DNA from: Candidatus Aenigmatarchaeota archaeon
GTDB lineage: Archaea > Aenigmatarchaeota > Aenigmatarchaeia > Aenigmatarchaeales > Aenigmatarchaeaceae
DNA length: 64,000 nt
Assembly: GCA_043814985.1 (NCBI GenBank)
Contig: JBDRJK010000014.1
Span: 34,369 to 98,368 of the forward strand
Reading direction: 5' to 3'
Every line of letters starts with the position of its first letter. The first letter of the stretch is position 1. Below, in pieces: positions 1-10,039 of the stretch. The notes under the pieces were generated by a model, which made no database searches, was not told the origin of the DNA, and worked only from the letters and a program-made list of their open reading frames with translations. A program made the translations under genes and the position numbers.

Positions 1-171
1 TTCGTCCTTGAGATAATCTACAAGTCAAAAGCCAAGGTTGTAGAGGTTCCCATCACCTTCCACAAAAGAGAGGCAGGCGAATCTAAGGTTGGTTTTAATC
101 TAAAAGGTATTAAAGAGTTCTCAAGAATAATAATTTTAATATTTGAGCTGAGGCTGGGTGTGAATAAATGA
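1..171 (+). CDS. C-terminal fragment of a GT2 (Dol-P-Man synthase-like) glycosyltransferase, truncated by the window edge
   Basis: Frame 1 reads ...VVEVPITFHKREAGESKV...GVNK*, the typical EVPIxF..R..G.SK tail; its stop overlaps the next ATG (ATGA). Confidence 0.75.
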   Translation, partial: FVLEIIYKSKAKVVEVPITFHKREAGESKVGFNLKGIKEFSRIIILIFELRLGVNK

Positions 172-1439
172 GAATAGGAATAATAGGTGGCGGTTTGACT
201 GGTTTGACAGCCGCGTTTATCCTGTCAAAAAAACATAAAGTCACTGTCCTTGAAAAGGAAGATTATCTTGGTGGCATGGCTTCGTCATACACAATCAATT
301 GGGATGGTAAAAAGTATCCCATAACAAAAACATACCATCACATTCTTGATGGCGACAAGACAACTGTTGGCATCATCAAAAAACTTGGTCTTTACAATAA
401 ATACAACAAGAAAAAAGTAAAACAAGGTTTTATCTATAAAAATAAAATAATGGGTTTTTCCACACCTTTGGAAATACTAAAATTTCCTATTCACTTTTCA
501 GACAAAATTAGACTGGTTAAATTTATTATTCTAGATTCGAAAAAGAAAAATTGGGACGACCTTGAGGGTTTAAACACAAAAAAATGGATAACAGAAAAGG
601 CAGGCAAGATTAACTATGATGTTTTTTTCAATCAGCTTGTTAGGAACAAGTTCCATGAGTCACCAGAGAAAATAGCGGCATCATGGTTCGGTACGCGCTT
701 CTTCAAGGAATCCTCATCCTTCCTTAAGAAATTTGGATGGTTAAGAGGAGGGGTTGTACAAATCATAAATAACTTTGAGAAAAACATTCGTAAAAATAAG
801 GGAAGAATAATTACCGGTTCTGAAGTGGTTTCAATTAGAAACAAGAGAATAACATATGTGAAGAATAAGAAAAGAAAAAAGATTCAATTTGATTTGATTG
901 TCAGTACTGTTCCGCCTGAAATATTCCTTAAGATTATGGACAAAGTACCAAAGGAATTGGAAAATTCCTTCAAAAAAATAAAATACCTCAGCTGTATATG
1001 TGCTACCATAGGGCTTAAGAAAAAAATGTTCGATCAGTACTGGTTGAACATACTAGACAAGCTACCTTTTGTGGTCCTGTTCAACCATACCGCATTGTAC
1101 GAGGATGCAGCACCGAAAGGAAAGTCAGTTTGTTATATTTTAACATATCTCAAGAGTAATGAGAAGCTCTGGAAGAAGTCTGAGAAGGAGATAAAAAAGA
1201 TTTATGTTGATGCAATCAAAAGAATAATACCTGATTTCGAAGAAAACATAGAATGGTTTAACATATTCAAAGTAAAAAATGCTGAGGCCGTCTACAAATT
1301 AGGTTTCAAAAACCCACCAACAAGCTATGACGGCATATATTTTGGAGGCATTTATAAAACCTATCCCAAAATAAGAAACATGGCTTCTGCCATGGAAGAG
1401 GGGATAAAGGTTGCCAATGAGATAGAGAGGACGGTTTAA
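168..1439 (+). CDS. FAD-dependent oxidoreductase (amine oxidase/protoporphyrinogen oxidase-like)
   Basis: N-terminal IIGGGLTGLTAA Rossmann motif, VLEK..LGG and YHH motifs; C-terminal MASAMEEG. Confidence 0.8.
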   Translation: MRIGIIGGGLTGLTAAFILSKKHKVTVLEKEDYLGGMASSYTINWDGKKYPITKTYHHILDGDKTTVGIIKKLGLYNKYNKKKVKQGFIYKNKIMGFSTPLEILKFPIHFSDKIRLVKFIILDSKKKNWDDLEGLNTKKWITEKAGKINYDVFFNQLVRNKFHESPEKIAASWFGTRFFKESSSFLKKFGWLRGGVVQIINNFEKNIRKNKGRIITGSEVVSIRNKRITYVKNKKRKKIQFDLIVSTVPPEIFLKIMDKVPKELENSFKKIKYLSCICATIGLKKKMFDQYWLNILDKLPFVVLFNHTALYEDAAPKGKSVCYILTYLKSNEKLWKKSEKEIKKIYVDAIKRIIPDFEENIEWFNIFKVKNAEAVYKLGFKNPPTSYDGIYFGGIYKTYPKIRNMASAMEEGIKVANEIERTV

Positions 1440-2500
1440 TGTCTAAAGTAGCTTTTTTGAAACTGAATAAAGTCAGTAAAGAAGAGGTCAGGAAGACTGT
1501 CCACAAAGCAATGAAAATGGGAAACTGGAAAAAATACATAAAAGGCAAAAAAATCTTCGTAAAAATAAATGGAATTTCTGATCAAGTCGTTCCAGGCCAA
1601 TGCACATCACCATGGGTCATAGATGCTGTCCTAGAAAAATTAAAGGACACATATCCCAAAACAACCATTTTCATGGGCGATGCCAATCTTGCAGCATCAG
1701 AACAGTTGAACAAGGCAGCCAAACTTTGGGGTTTCTATGAGCTTGCCAATAAATATGATGCAAGATTTGTTAACCTCTCGGAGGAACCTTTGATAAAAAC
1801 AAAGTTTGGAGGCAAAGTCCTCAAGAAAACAGAAGTCCCGAAAATACTTTTAGATGTTGATAGAATTCTCAATATACCTGTTGCAAAGACGCATTGCCTC
1901 ACAACAATAACATGCTGCTTGAAGAACCACTGGGGTCTTCTTCCAAGGTTCAGGCACCAGTACCACCTAGTTGCTGATCAGGCAATACCTGACGTCAATA
2001 ATTTCTTCAGAAAAACAACCTTCAATGTCGTTGATTTCACAATAGGGATGGAAGGAAACGCACCAAGGACAGGCATATCTAAAATATTTAATTTAATTCT
2101 CGCTGGTCATGATAGAGTTGCAATAGATTACACTGTTGCAAGACACATGGGTTTTGATGCAGACAAAATAAAACACATCGAGCTGGCTGAAAAGATGGGT
2201 ATTGGTTCTAGAAAAAATATAAAAATTGCCGGTAGCAGATTTTTTGTTAACAAAGTAAAAGCACCAGAGCCAAACAAACAACCTATTTTCTTCTGGGAGA
2301 TGCATCTAAGAAAGATTCCAGTTGTCAAACCAATTCTTTTTGACACACCAATATTCCCCTGCCTATGCAACATAGCAACTTTTTACAACACTAAAATATG
2401 GTACAACAGGTTCGGTAGAAAATACATCAAGAAAATAATGAGAACCGCCTATGCTGAAGAATTCAGACCACTCTTTAAAAGAAACAACATAAAATATTAG
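1439..2500 (+). CDS. DUF362 family protein (putative Fe-S binding)
   Basis: KIN...CTSP, PVAKTHCLTTITCCLKNHWG, MEGNAP and DRVAID motifs. Confidence 0.8.
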   Translation: MSKVAFLKLNKVSKEEVRKTVHKAMKMGNWKKYIKGKKIFVKINGISDQVVPGQCTSPWVIDAVLEKLKDTYPKTTIFMGDANLAASEQLNKAAKLWGFYELANKYDARFVNLSEEPLIKTKFGGKVLKKTEVPKILLDVDRILNIPVAKTHCLTTITCCLKNHWGLLPRFRHQYHLVADQAIPDVNNFFRKTTFNVVDFTIGMEGNAPRTGISKIFNLILAGHDRVAIDYTVARHMGFDADKIKHIELAEKMGIGSRKNIKIAGSRFFVNKVKAPEPNKQPIFFWEMHLRKIPVVKPILFDTPIFPCLCNIATFYNTKIWYNRFGRKYIKKIMRTAYAEEFRPLFKRNNIKY

Positions 2501-2509
2501 TTGGATTAA

Positions 2510-3451
2510 ATGAAAATCTTTAAAATGAAAAACCTAATTATGTTCCTTGCGTTCTCAGTAATAATTTATTCTGTATTGATTGTTGCTGGCGACTACAACA
2601 AAATTGCAGACAAGTTCAAACTTTTTAATCTGTGGGTCATACCAGTTGTGATGCTTTTCGCGTGGGCGGATGACTTTATACGATTTTTAAAATGGGACTA
2701 CTTCCTAAAGAAAATAAAAATAAGAGTCGAAAAGAAAACATCATTCTTGATTTTCTTTTCTGGGCTTGCTATGTCCATAACACCCGGAAAGGTCGGAGAG
2801 GTTCTCAAGTCCTACCTCCTTAAGAAGACTGTCGGTGTGAAAATGAGGAAAAGTATAATGGTGGTAGTTTTTGAAAGACTAACAGATGTTTTGGCTCTCT
2901 CTATTTTGGCTCTATTGGGAGCATTCAGTTTTTTAAACAACCCTTATTTTATTTTTTTGATAGCATTTTTGATATTTACAATAACCCTAGCATTTGTTTT
3001 GCTTAGCAATAAAAAAGTTTTTTTCAAGTTTTCTAAAGTTCTCGTAAAAATACCAATTGTTAAAAAATATGTGAAGTACATTAATGATATTCACAAAACT
3101 TCACAGCAATTGCTGTCTCCCAAGGTTCTAGCAACAAGCACTCTAATGTCAGTTGCTTCTTGGTTTTTAGAATGCTTGGGTTTCTACATACTGTTGCACG
3201 CTTTAGGTGCACCATTGCCTATACTTACTGTAACCTTCATATTTTCTTTCTCCTCAATATTCGGTTCAATAATATTTTTACCTGGAGGTTTGGGTGCTGC
3301 AGAGAGCAGCTTTGTTGCCTTGCTCCTATTTTCAGGGTTAACAATAACAACAGCAACGCTTGCAACAATCCTAATCAGGCTAACCACGCTGTTTTGGGGC
3401 ATACTAATAGGCTTGGTGTGTTTGTCAATTCTCAGTAGGTGGAAAAAATGA
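2510..3451 (+). CDS. Lysylphosphatidylglycerol synthase TM / flippase-like membrane protein (UPF0104)
   Basis: Multi-TM; TPGKVGEVLK, ERLTD, PGGLGAAE and LIRL motifs. Confidence 0.85.
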   Translation: MKIFKMKNLIMFLAFSVIIYSVLIVAGDYNKIADKFKLFNLWVIPVVMLFAWADDFIRFLKWDYFLKKIKIRVEKKTSFLIFFSGLAMSITPGKVGEVLKSYLLKKTVGVKMRKSIMVVVFERLTDVLALSILALLGAFSFLNNPYFIFLIAFLIFTITLAFVLLSNKKVFFKFSKVLVKIPIVKKYVKYINDIHKTSQQLLSPKVLATSTLMSVASWFLECLGFYILLHALGAPLPILTVTFIFSFSSIFGSIIFLPGGLGAAESSFVALLLFSGLTITTATLATILIRLTTLFWGILIGLVCLSILSRWKK

Positions 3452-4941
3452 AAGTATTGTTGATAAAACCACAGAGAACAATCCCGAACAATTTCAGAGG
3501 CGTTGGCAGAATTTTCCCTTCTGTTGGCTTGTGCTACATAGGGGCTGTCCTAGAGAAAAACGGTTATGATGTAAAGGTTCTGGATGCTGCAATAGAAGGT
3601 TGGAGAAAAATAAACCAGAGAAGCGACGGTCTGAAATACATAGGAATAGACTTCAATGAGATTGGAAAAAGAATAAAGAAAGAGAAGCCTGACATTGTCG
3701 GGATAACTACTTTGTCTGTTGATGCTATCAGTGCAAGGCAAATAGCTCGAACAGTCAAGAATGTTGATAGCAACATAAAGGTCATGATGGGAGGCTGTCA
3801 TGTTTCTGTGACACCGTTTAAGACAATAGCTGACAAGAATGTTGACTTTGTGGTTGTCGGTGAAGGTGAATACACTACCTTGGATTTGGTAAAGACTCTT
3901 GATGAGGACAAAGAATTGTATAATGTAAAAGGTCTGATATACAGGGACAAAGACAAGGTAATTAAGAACAGACCAAGGGAATACATAAAGAATCTAGATG
4001 AGCTGCCCTTTCCTGCGTGGCATCTTACAAACATGAAAGAGTTCTTCAAGCTAACAAAATACCTGCAGGGTTCACATCTTACACCTGAACGCCACCTCAG
4101 CATAATAACCTCAAGAAGCTGCCCTTATGGTTGCATTTTCTGCTCTGTGAGATCTATAATGGGAAGGGGTTTCAGGCCCAGGAGCCCTGAGAACGTTGTT
4201 GCAGAAATGGAATACATGGTAAACAAATATAAGATAAAACTTTTCAGCGTAGAGGATGACAATCTAACATTTGACAAGAAAAGGGCTGAGAAGATATTTG
4301 ACTTGATGATTGAAAAGAGGTTGAACAATAAAATAACATGGGACACGCCAAACGGTGTCAGGGCTGATACGCTTGATGAGAATCTTCTTGGAAAGATGAA
4401 GAAGTCTGGTGCCGTGCACATATTTGTCAGCCCTGAGAGTGGCAGCCAGAGAGTGGTGAAAGATATAATAGGAAAGAAACTTGATCTTGGTACAGTTGAG
4501 AACGCTGTTAGAATCTGCAAAGATATAGGCTTGAAGATAAGCTGCTATTTCATTGTTGGCTTGCCTGGGGAAACCAAAGAAGACTTGGAAAAAACTGTTG
4601 CGTTTGCAAGCAAGATGAGAGAATTTGGAGCCATTACCTTATGCGCTATGGCACGGCCCACCTTTGGTACTGAGTTGTACGATTTGTCAAAGAAGAAAGG
4701 TTACCTTATGGTTGATGGTGAAGAGTTGGAAAGAAGCCTAGTTCAATTTGAGAAACGAGGAGCCCTGAAAACTCCCGAGTTCACTCCTGAAGAATTAGAT
4801 GAATACGCAAAAAGAATAAGAGCTGGCAACGAGTCAGACGAGATGAAGCAAATAATAAAAACAAAACCTTTCCACGCTTTCAAGCTTTTCACACTTCATC
4901 CAAAAATAATATCAAACTATCTTTTGAAGAACAAGTCATAG
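3448..4941 (+). CDS. Cobalamin-binding radical SAM protein (#1)
   Basis: N-terminal B12-binding domain (PSVGLCYIG, GGCH, VVGEGE), SRSCPYGCIFC, GLPGET; ATG 3448 preferred over GTG 3439. Confidence 0.9.
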   Translation: MKVLLIKPQRTIPNNFRGVGRIFPSVGLCYIGAVLEKNGYDVKVLDAAIEGWRKINQRSDGLKYIGIDFNEIGKRIKKEKPDIVGITTLSVDAISARQIARTVKNVDSNIKVMMGGCHVSVTPFKTIADKNVDFVVVGEGEYTTLDLVKTLDEDKELYNVKGLIYRDKDKVIKNRPREYIKNLDELPFPAWHLTNMKEFFKLTKYLQGSHLTPERHLSIITSRSCPYGCIFCSVRSIMGRGFRPRSPENVVAEMEYMVNKYKIKLFSVEDDNLTFDKKRAEKIFDLMIEKRLNNKITWDTPNGVRADTLDENLLGKMKKSGAVHIFVSPESGSQRVVKDIIGKKLDLGTVENAVRICKDIGLKISCYFIVGLPGETKEDLEKTVAFASKMREFGAITLCAMARPTFGTELYDLSKKKGYLMVDGEELERSLVQFEKRGALKTPEFTPEELDEYAKRIRAGNESDEMKQIIKTKPFHAFKLFTLHPKIISNYLLKNKS

Positions 4942-4946
4942 AAATT

Positions 4947-6545
4947 CTAATTCAATCTCGCCTTGAAGAATACGAAAAGCATATCAAAGCCTCGCAAGTG
5001 TTCGTATATGTTTATTCTTTGCTCTATCAGCTCAAGGTTTTCTTTGCCGTCACCAAGACGGTCAACCCAGATATTTTCCTTTAACACATCCACTTCTCTC
5101 CCTTCAAGATAAGCATCAGCAACACTCTGGTTGAAAAGAGAATTCTCTACCCATATAGTAACATTCTCGCTTTTCATGTAGCTAACAACATTTTTATTTT
5201 CTAGAGCTTCTATTGCTTTGAAATTGACGACGCCGTCAATATTCACAACCTTTCTTTCACTGAAATAAATGTAGATGCCTGAATTGAAAGAGCCAACTAT
5301 AGTTGAAGGCGTTGTGTTCCCTTTAATCCATAGGGCATCTTCGTACATCTCGCTTTGCCAGTTATAGTAGCCCTTATCCCACTGCCTAATCCCGTTGTTA
5401 ACCAGAAGTAAAATAAAAAGCACAAAAATTGCAGCCATCAGCACATCATTTTTCTTTATTTTTTTAACAAGATTGTAAAAGCCATAGGATGCCATCATGA
5501 TTATCATCGGCATTATCGGTGTAAGGTACCTTATCTGAACGCCCCAGAAGTAGATGTTATAGAATGAGAGAAGAAGCAATGCGTACAAAATAAAAACATT
5601 CAATCTCTTGAAGCTGCTTAGAGAATACAAAAGTGTTACTGACACAAACAAGGATATTATGATTGTTATGAAGTTTGAATTAAAGTCAATTACCCCGAAC
5701 TGGTGAGCCACTGCACCGGCAGATCTTACAATATTTTCTGTAATCATGCTAAGAGAATCTGAAATGCTTTCTGGCGCCACTGTATTAAGAAAAGGAAATA
5801 TCCCATGCCCCATGTTGTATTTTGCAACAGCGCTGCTCTGGACAATGGAACCAAAGGTGGCATAGTTCCATAGAAACCACGGTGAAACAACAAGACCTGC
5901 CACAATGACTACTAAGGCACCTCTTTTGATACCGGTGATTAATTTCTTCTTGCTTTTCCAGAGCATGTCCGCAAGTATTGCCATTAGCAAGAATATTCCA
6001 TCCAATCTAGACAAGAGAGTCAAGCCTATCAGTGCACCCAAGACTATCAAATTCTTATTCTTCATTTTTTTGTCTAGGTTGCAATAGTAAAAAAGAGTCG
6101 TGATTACAAGAAAGACGTACAGAACCATCTCTATGCCATTCAAACTCTGGAACATTATGAAAGGATTAAGACCATATAATGCAGCGCTCATGAGTCCAAT
6201 CTTTTTACCAAATAACTTTTCAGATAATTTGAACAACATGAAGACTGTCAGTGTATCAAGAATAGTTGCTATTGTCAATATTATGTTGACTGCAAGTTGT
6301 AGATTATCAGTCATCAAGAAAACAGGAGCTAGAATCACTCCCCACAGAGGCTGGAAACCGTTTGTAACATCCGCGCCGTTGTAGGTCACACCATTTCCCA
6401 GAGCTATGTTTCTTGCAACAGAAATGACATAGAAGGAATCGTCCAGGACAATCTTTTCTATGAGTTCAGGAACTTCCTGCCATGATATTGCAAGTCTTAT
6501 TAGAAAGGACAGAAGAATTATGATTACCAGCAATTTCTTCTTCAT
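4947..6545 (-). CDS. GT-C (ArnT/PMT-like, family 39-like) membrane glycosyltransferase
   Basis: TM1 followed by LDDSFY..ARN...GNG..YNG...TNGFQPLW; many TM helices, RY motif, soluble C-terminal domain. Confidence 0.75.
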   Translation of the reverse strand: MKKKLLVIIILLSFLIRLAISWQEVPELIEKIVLDDSFYVISVARNIALGNGVTYNGADVTNGFQPLWGVILAPVFLMTDNLQLAVNIILTIATILDTLTVFMLFKLSEKLFGKKIGLMSAALYGLNPFIMFQSLNGIEMVLYVFLVITTLFYYCNLDKKMKNKNLIVLGALIGLTLLSRLDGIFLLMAILADMLWKSKKKLITGIKRGALVVIVAGLVVSPWFLWNYATFGSIVQSSAVAKYNMGHGIFPFLNTVAPESISDSLSMITENIVRSAGAVAHQFGVIDFNSNFITIIISLFVSVTLLYSLSSFKRLNVFILYALLLLSFYNIYFWGVQIRYLTPIMPMIIMMASYGFYNLVKKIKKNDVLMAAIFVLFILLLVNNGIRQWDKGYYNWQSEMYEDALWIKGNTTPSTIVGSFNSGIYIYFSERKVVNIDGVVNFKAIEALENKNVVSYMKSENVTIWVENSLFNQSVADAYLEGREVDVLKENIWVDRLGDGKENLELIEQRINIYEHLRGFDMLFVFFKARLN

Positions 6546-6597
6546 ACTATTTTATTTACAGAATAATGTTTAAATAAGTCGTGAAGGAACTATAAAA

Positions 6598-7920
6598 ATG
6601 GAAATTCTCCTTGTAATGCCTAAAAACCCTGTTTTTGCAGGTTCCAATACTTTGCCTGTTGGTATGGCTTATCTTGCGTCTTCTTTAGAGAAGGAAGGGC
6701 ATGAGGTTGAATGCCTGGATTTCAGGGTTGAGCAAAACAAAAACATGAGAAATGTTGTCAAAGACTTTGATTTGATCGGCATATCGTCTTGCACACCCAG
6801 CATAAGGGAGGCATGGAAGCTTGCATCAATAGCAAAGAGATATGGAAAGCCTGTTGTGTTAGGCGGACCACACCCCTCAGCTTTGCCCATAGAATCATTG
6901 AAAAATAAATCTGTTGACATTATTGTCAGAGGCGAAGGCGAGGAGACTTTCAAGGAAATATGTAATGGAAAAAAGAAGAAAGACATTTTGGGCATATCCT
7001 ACAAGAAAGGCAAGAGAATAGTTCACAACCCAAACAGGCCTTTCATAAAAGACTTGGATTCACTTCCTTTCCCAGCCAGGCATCTTTTCAAGTTCAGGGA
7101 ATACCGCTCAGAATTCCACAGGCATAATGTTGTTGGAGATATACTGACAAGCAGAGGCTGTCCATTCAATTGTAATTTCTGTTACAAGGCTGTTTTCGGC
7201 AGGCAATACAGGGTCAGGTCTGCCAAGAACGTGGTAAGGGAATGGAAGGATATTATCAACATGGGTTACGAGGAAATAGGAATAATAGACGACAACTTTT
7301 CCGTGGACCAGAAAAGGGCAATTGATATTTGCAATATGATAACAAAACAAAAGCTGAATGTTGACTGGACTGCGACAAACGGTCTTAGGGTTGACAGCGT
7401 GTCTGCAGATTTGTTCAAAGCAATGAAAAAAAGCGGCTGTTACAGGATAGCATTGGGCGTTGAATCAGGATCCCAATACATCCTTGACAAGATAGGCAAG
7501 TGCACTAACTTGAAATTAATAAGAAACGCTGTGAAGCTGGCCAAGAAATTCAATTTTGAAACTTACCTCTTCTTCATGATTGGCAATCTCTATGAGACTG
7601 AGGAGACTGTCAGGAAAACAATTGAATTTGCAAAGGAGTTGGAAGGTGATTATACCCAGTTCACAGTGGCAACCCCATACCCAGGAACTCGCATGTATGA
7701 CATAATAAAGAAAGAGGGGGAGTTCCTTGTGAATGACTGGGAAAAATTCGGGTCTTATGAGAACAGGGCATATTTCGAGCACGGCGGAATAAATGCGGGT
7801 TTCGTGGAAAAGATGTACAAGAAGGCCTACAGGGAATATTACTTAAGACCGAGAATAATGTGGAAATACCTCAAGAAGCACAATTTTGGCATTTTGAAGG
7901 GATTGAGGTTTTTAAAATAG
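6598..7920 (+). CDS. Cobalamin-binding radical SAM protein (#2)
   Basis: PVGMAYLAS, GGPHPS, RGEGE, SRGCPFNCNFC, TPYPGT. Confidence 0.9.
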   Translation: MEILLVMPKNPVFAGSNTLPVGMAYLASSLEKEGHEVECLDFRVEQNKNMRNVVKDFDLIGISSCTPSIREAWKLASIAKRYGKPVVLGGPHPSALPIESLKNKSVDIIVRGEGEETFKEICNGKKKKDILGISYKKGKRIVHNPNRPFIKDLDSLPFPARHLFKFREYRSEFHRHNVVGDILTSRGCPFNCNFCYKAVFGRQYRVRSAKNVVREWKDIINMGYEEIGIIDDNFSVDQKRAIDICNMITKQKLNVDWTATNGLRVDSVSADLFKAMKKSGCYRIALGVESGSQYILDKIGKCTNLKLIRNAVKLAKKFNFETYLFFMIGNLYETEETVRKTIEFAKELEGDYTQFTVATPYPGTRMYDIIKKEGEFLVNDWEKFGSYENRAYFEHGGINAGFVEKMYKKAYREYYLRPRIMWKYLKKHNFGILKGLRFLK

Positions 7921-7930
7921 AGTGATAAAA

Positions 7931-9313
7931 ATGAAAATAGCTTTGGTGCAACCGAATTACAACATACAAAGAATGACAGGTGCTTGGGCTGTCAATCCTC
8001 CAATTGGTCTGGCCTATATTGCTGCGGTGTTGATAGAAAATGATTTTGATGTTGAGATAATTGATGCCAATGCCTTGAATCTCAATACCAAACAGACTGC
8101 TAGAAAGCTAAAAAACTTTGACATTGTTGGTTTTAGTTTAATGACTCCTGCCCACAAATTTGCTGTTGACCTTGTTAAGAGTCCGATTCTCAGAAGAAAG
8201 CTAAAGATAGCAGGTGGCCCTCATGCTACGGGTTTTCCTGATGAGTTGCTTAGGGCCGGGTTTGACATAGCTGTGAGAGGAGAAGGCGAACAAACCATGC
8301 TTGAAATTGTCCAAGGTAAAAAACTAAGCAAAATAAAAGGAATATCCTATAGGAAAGGTAGGAAAATAGTTCATAATCCTGATAGAGAACCATCCGATCC
8401 GAATAAAATTCCATTTCCAGCAAGAGACCTCCTTCCATCCAGAGGAGTTGACCAACCATATGTTTCCGCAGTAACCCAGTACAGACCTTGGTCCCCTATA
8501 ATCACAAGCAGGGGCTGCCCGTTTAACTGCAATTTCTGCAACAAGAAAATATTTGGTTATGCCTTTAGGGCGAGGACACCTGAGAATGTTGTTAATGAGA
8601 TAAAACTGCTTGTTAACAAGTATGGTGTTAAGGAAATAGACATCTATGATGACTGTTTTAATTTTGATTTGGAAAGGGCTGAAAAAATACTTGATCTCAT
8701 AATCAAGCGGAAAATCAAAGTGAAAATAAGATGCTCCAATGGACTGAGAGCTGACAGGGTTAATGAGAGGTTCCTGAAAAAACTGAAAAAAGCCGGTTGC
8801 ATTTACATAGCCTATGGCATAGAAACAGGAAATCAGCGTGTTTTGGAAAGAATACCAAAAATGGAGACACTCGATCAGATAAGAAAGGCTGTTGTCCTTA
8901 CAAAGAAAATGGGAATCACTGTCTGCGGCTTCTTCGTGTTTGGGTTATTGGGAGATACCAAGGAAACTATGCAGCAGACCATTGATTTTGCAAAGGAACT
9001 GCCACTTGATTTGGGTAGTTTTAACATAGCGACTCCGTATCCAGGGACTAGGCTTTATGACATAGTGAAGAAAGAGGGCAAGTTTTTAATGAGTGATTGG
9101 GATATATTCCACCACACAAGCGGTAAGATGATTTTTACACATCCTGATGTCGCACCACCAGAAGAAGTGGAGGATGCTTACAGAAGAGCACACAGGGAAT
9201 TCTACATGCGTCCAACATATGTATTGAACAAGTTCCTAAAAATCAGAGGCCTTAAGGATGTAAGAATTATGTGGAGAGGTGTGAGGGGCATAATCAAGGT
9301 TCATTCCACTTAA
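7931..9313 (+). CDS. Cobalamin-binding radical SAM protein (#3), close paralog of #2
   Basis: PPIGLAYIAA, GGPHAT, SRGCPFNCNFC, TPYPGT; shares GISY.KG..IVHNP and YDI.KKEG.FL..DW with #2. Confidence 0.9.
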   Translation: MKIALVQPNYNIQRMTGAWAVNPPIGLAYIAAVLIENDFDVEIIDANALNLNTKQTARKLKNFDIVGFSLMTPAHKFAVDLVKSPILRRKLKIAGGPHATGFPDELLRAGFDIAVRGEGEQTMLEIVQGKKLSKIKGISYRKGRKIVHNPDREPSDPNKIPFPARDLLPSRGVDQPYVSAVTQYRPWSPIITSRGCPFNCNFCNKKIFGYAFRARTPENVVNEIKLLVNKYGVKEIDIYDDCFNFDLERAEKILDLIIKRKIKVKIRCSNGLRADRVNERFLKKLKKAGCIYIAYGIETGNQRVLERIPKMETLDQIRKAVVLTKKMGITVCGFFVFGLLGDTKETMQQTIDFAKELPLDLGSFNIATPYPGTRLYDIVKKEGKFLMSDWDIFHHTSGKMIFTHPDVAPPEEVEDAYRRAHREFYMRPTYVLNKFLKIRGLKDVRIMWRGVRGIIKVHST

Positions 9314-9352
9314 AATATCAACTTATTTAAAATCTAGGGAAATAAGATTTTT

Positions 9353-10039
9353 ATGAATAAAGATAGAGAGTTATATGACAGAATGGTTGAAGAATCGCCA
9401 ACAGGTTACCAGTATATCTATTCAAAAGAGACTTTGAAACTGCTGAATAAAATAATACCAAAAAATGTTAAAATTCTCGATGTTGGTTGTGGAACGGGTC
9501 ACATACCTAAAAATCTCAAAAAAAGGAAATGGTATGGTGTGGATATTTCCCCGAAAAGCTTGGAAACAGTAAAAAGGGAAAAAATCTATAAGGAAGTTAA
9601 ATTATCTGACATAACAAAAAAAATACCATACCCAAAAAATTATTTTGATGTTGTTTTTGCTCTAGGAATTTTTCATCACATTCCAGACAATATAAGAGAG
9701 TCCTTAAGAGAAATAAGAAAAGTCTTAAAAAAAGACGGCATTCTCATAGTCGTAGACCATAACCATAATAATTTAATGATAAGAAAAGCGCATGAAGGCA
9801 TATTGAAAATAGTACCATGTGAAAACGAGAGAACTGTAGATGAAAAATATTTAATGAATATAATGATTGAAGAGGGATTCACATCTACAAATGATGTTAA
9901 GTATATTAACATAAGAGGCGTGCAACAAGCTTTAACGCCCCCCCTCTGGAAAAAAATCTTTAAATGCCCGGTTTTGTATTTGTTAGGGTTAGTATCATTT
10001 CAACCAACCGACTATATGTTTAAAGTGAGAAAAAAATGA
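9353..10039 (+). CDS. Class I SAM-dependent methyltransferase
   Basis: ILDVGCGTG, GVDIS, FDVV, LKKDG. Confidence 0.9.
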   Translation: MNKDRELYDRMVEESPTGYQYIYSKETLKLLNKIIPKNVKILDVGCGTGHIPKNLKKRKWYGVDISPKSLETVKREKIYKEVKLSDITKKIPYPKNYFDVVFALGIFHHIPDNIRESLREIRKVLKKDGILIVVDHNHNNLMIRKAHEGILKIVPCENERTVDEKYLMNIMIEEGFTSTNDVKYINIRGVQQALTPPLWKKIFKCPVLYLLGLVSFQPTDYMFKVRKK

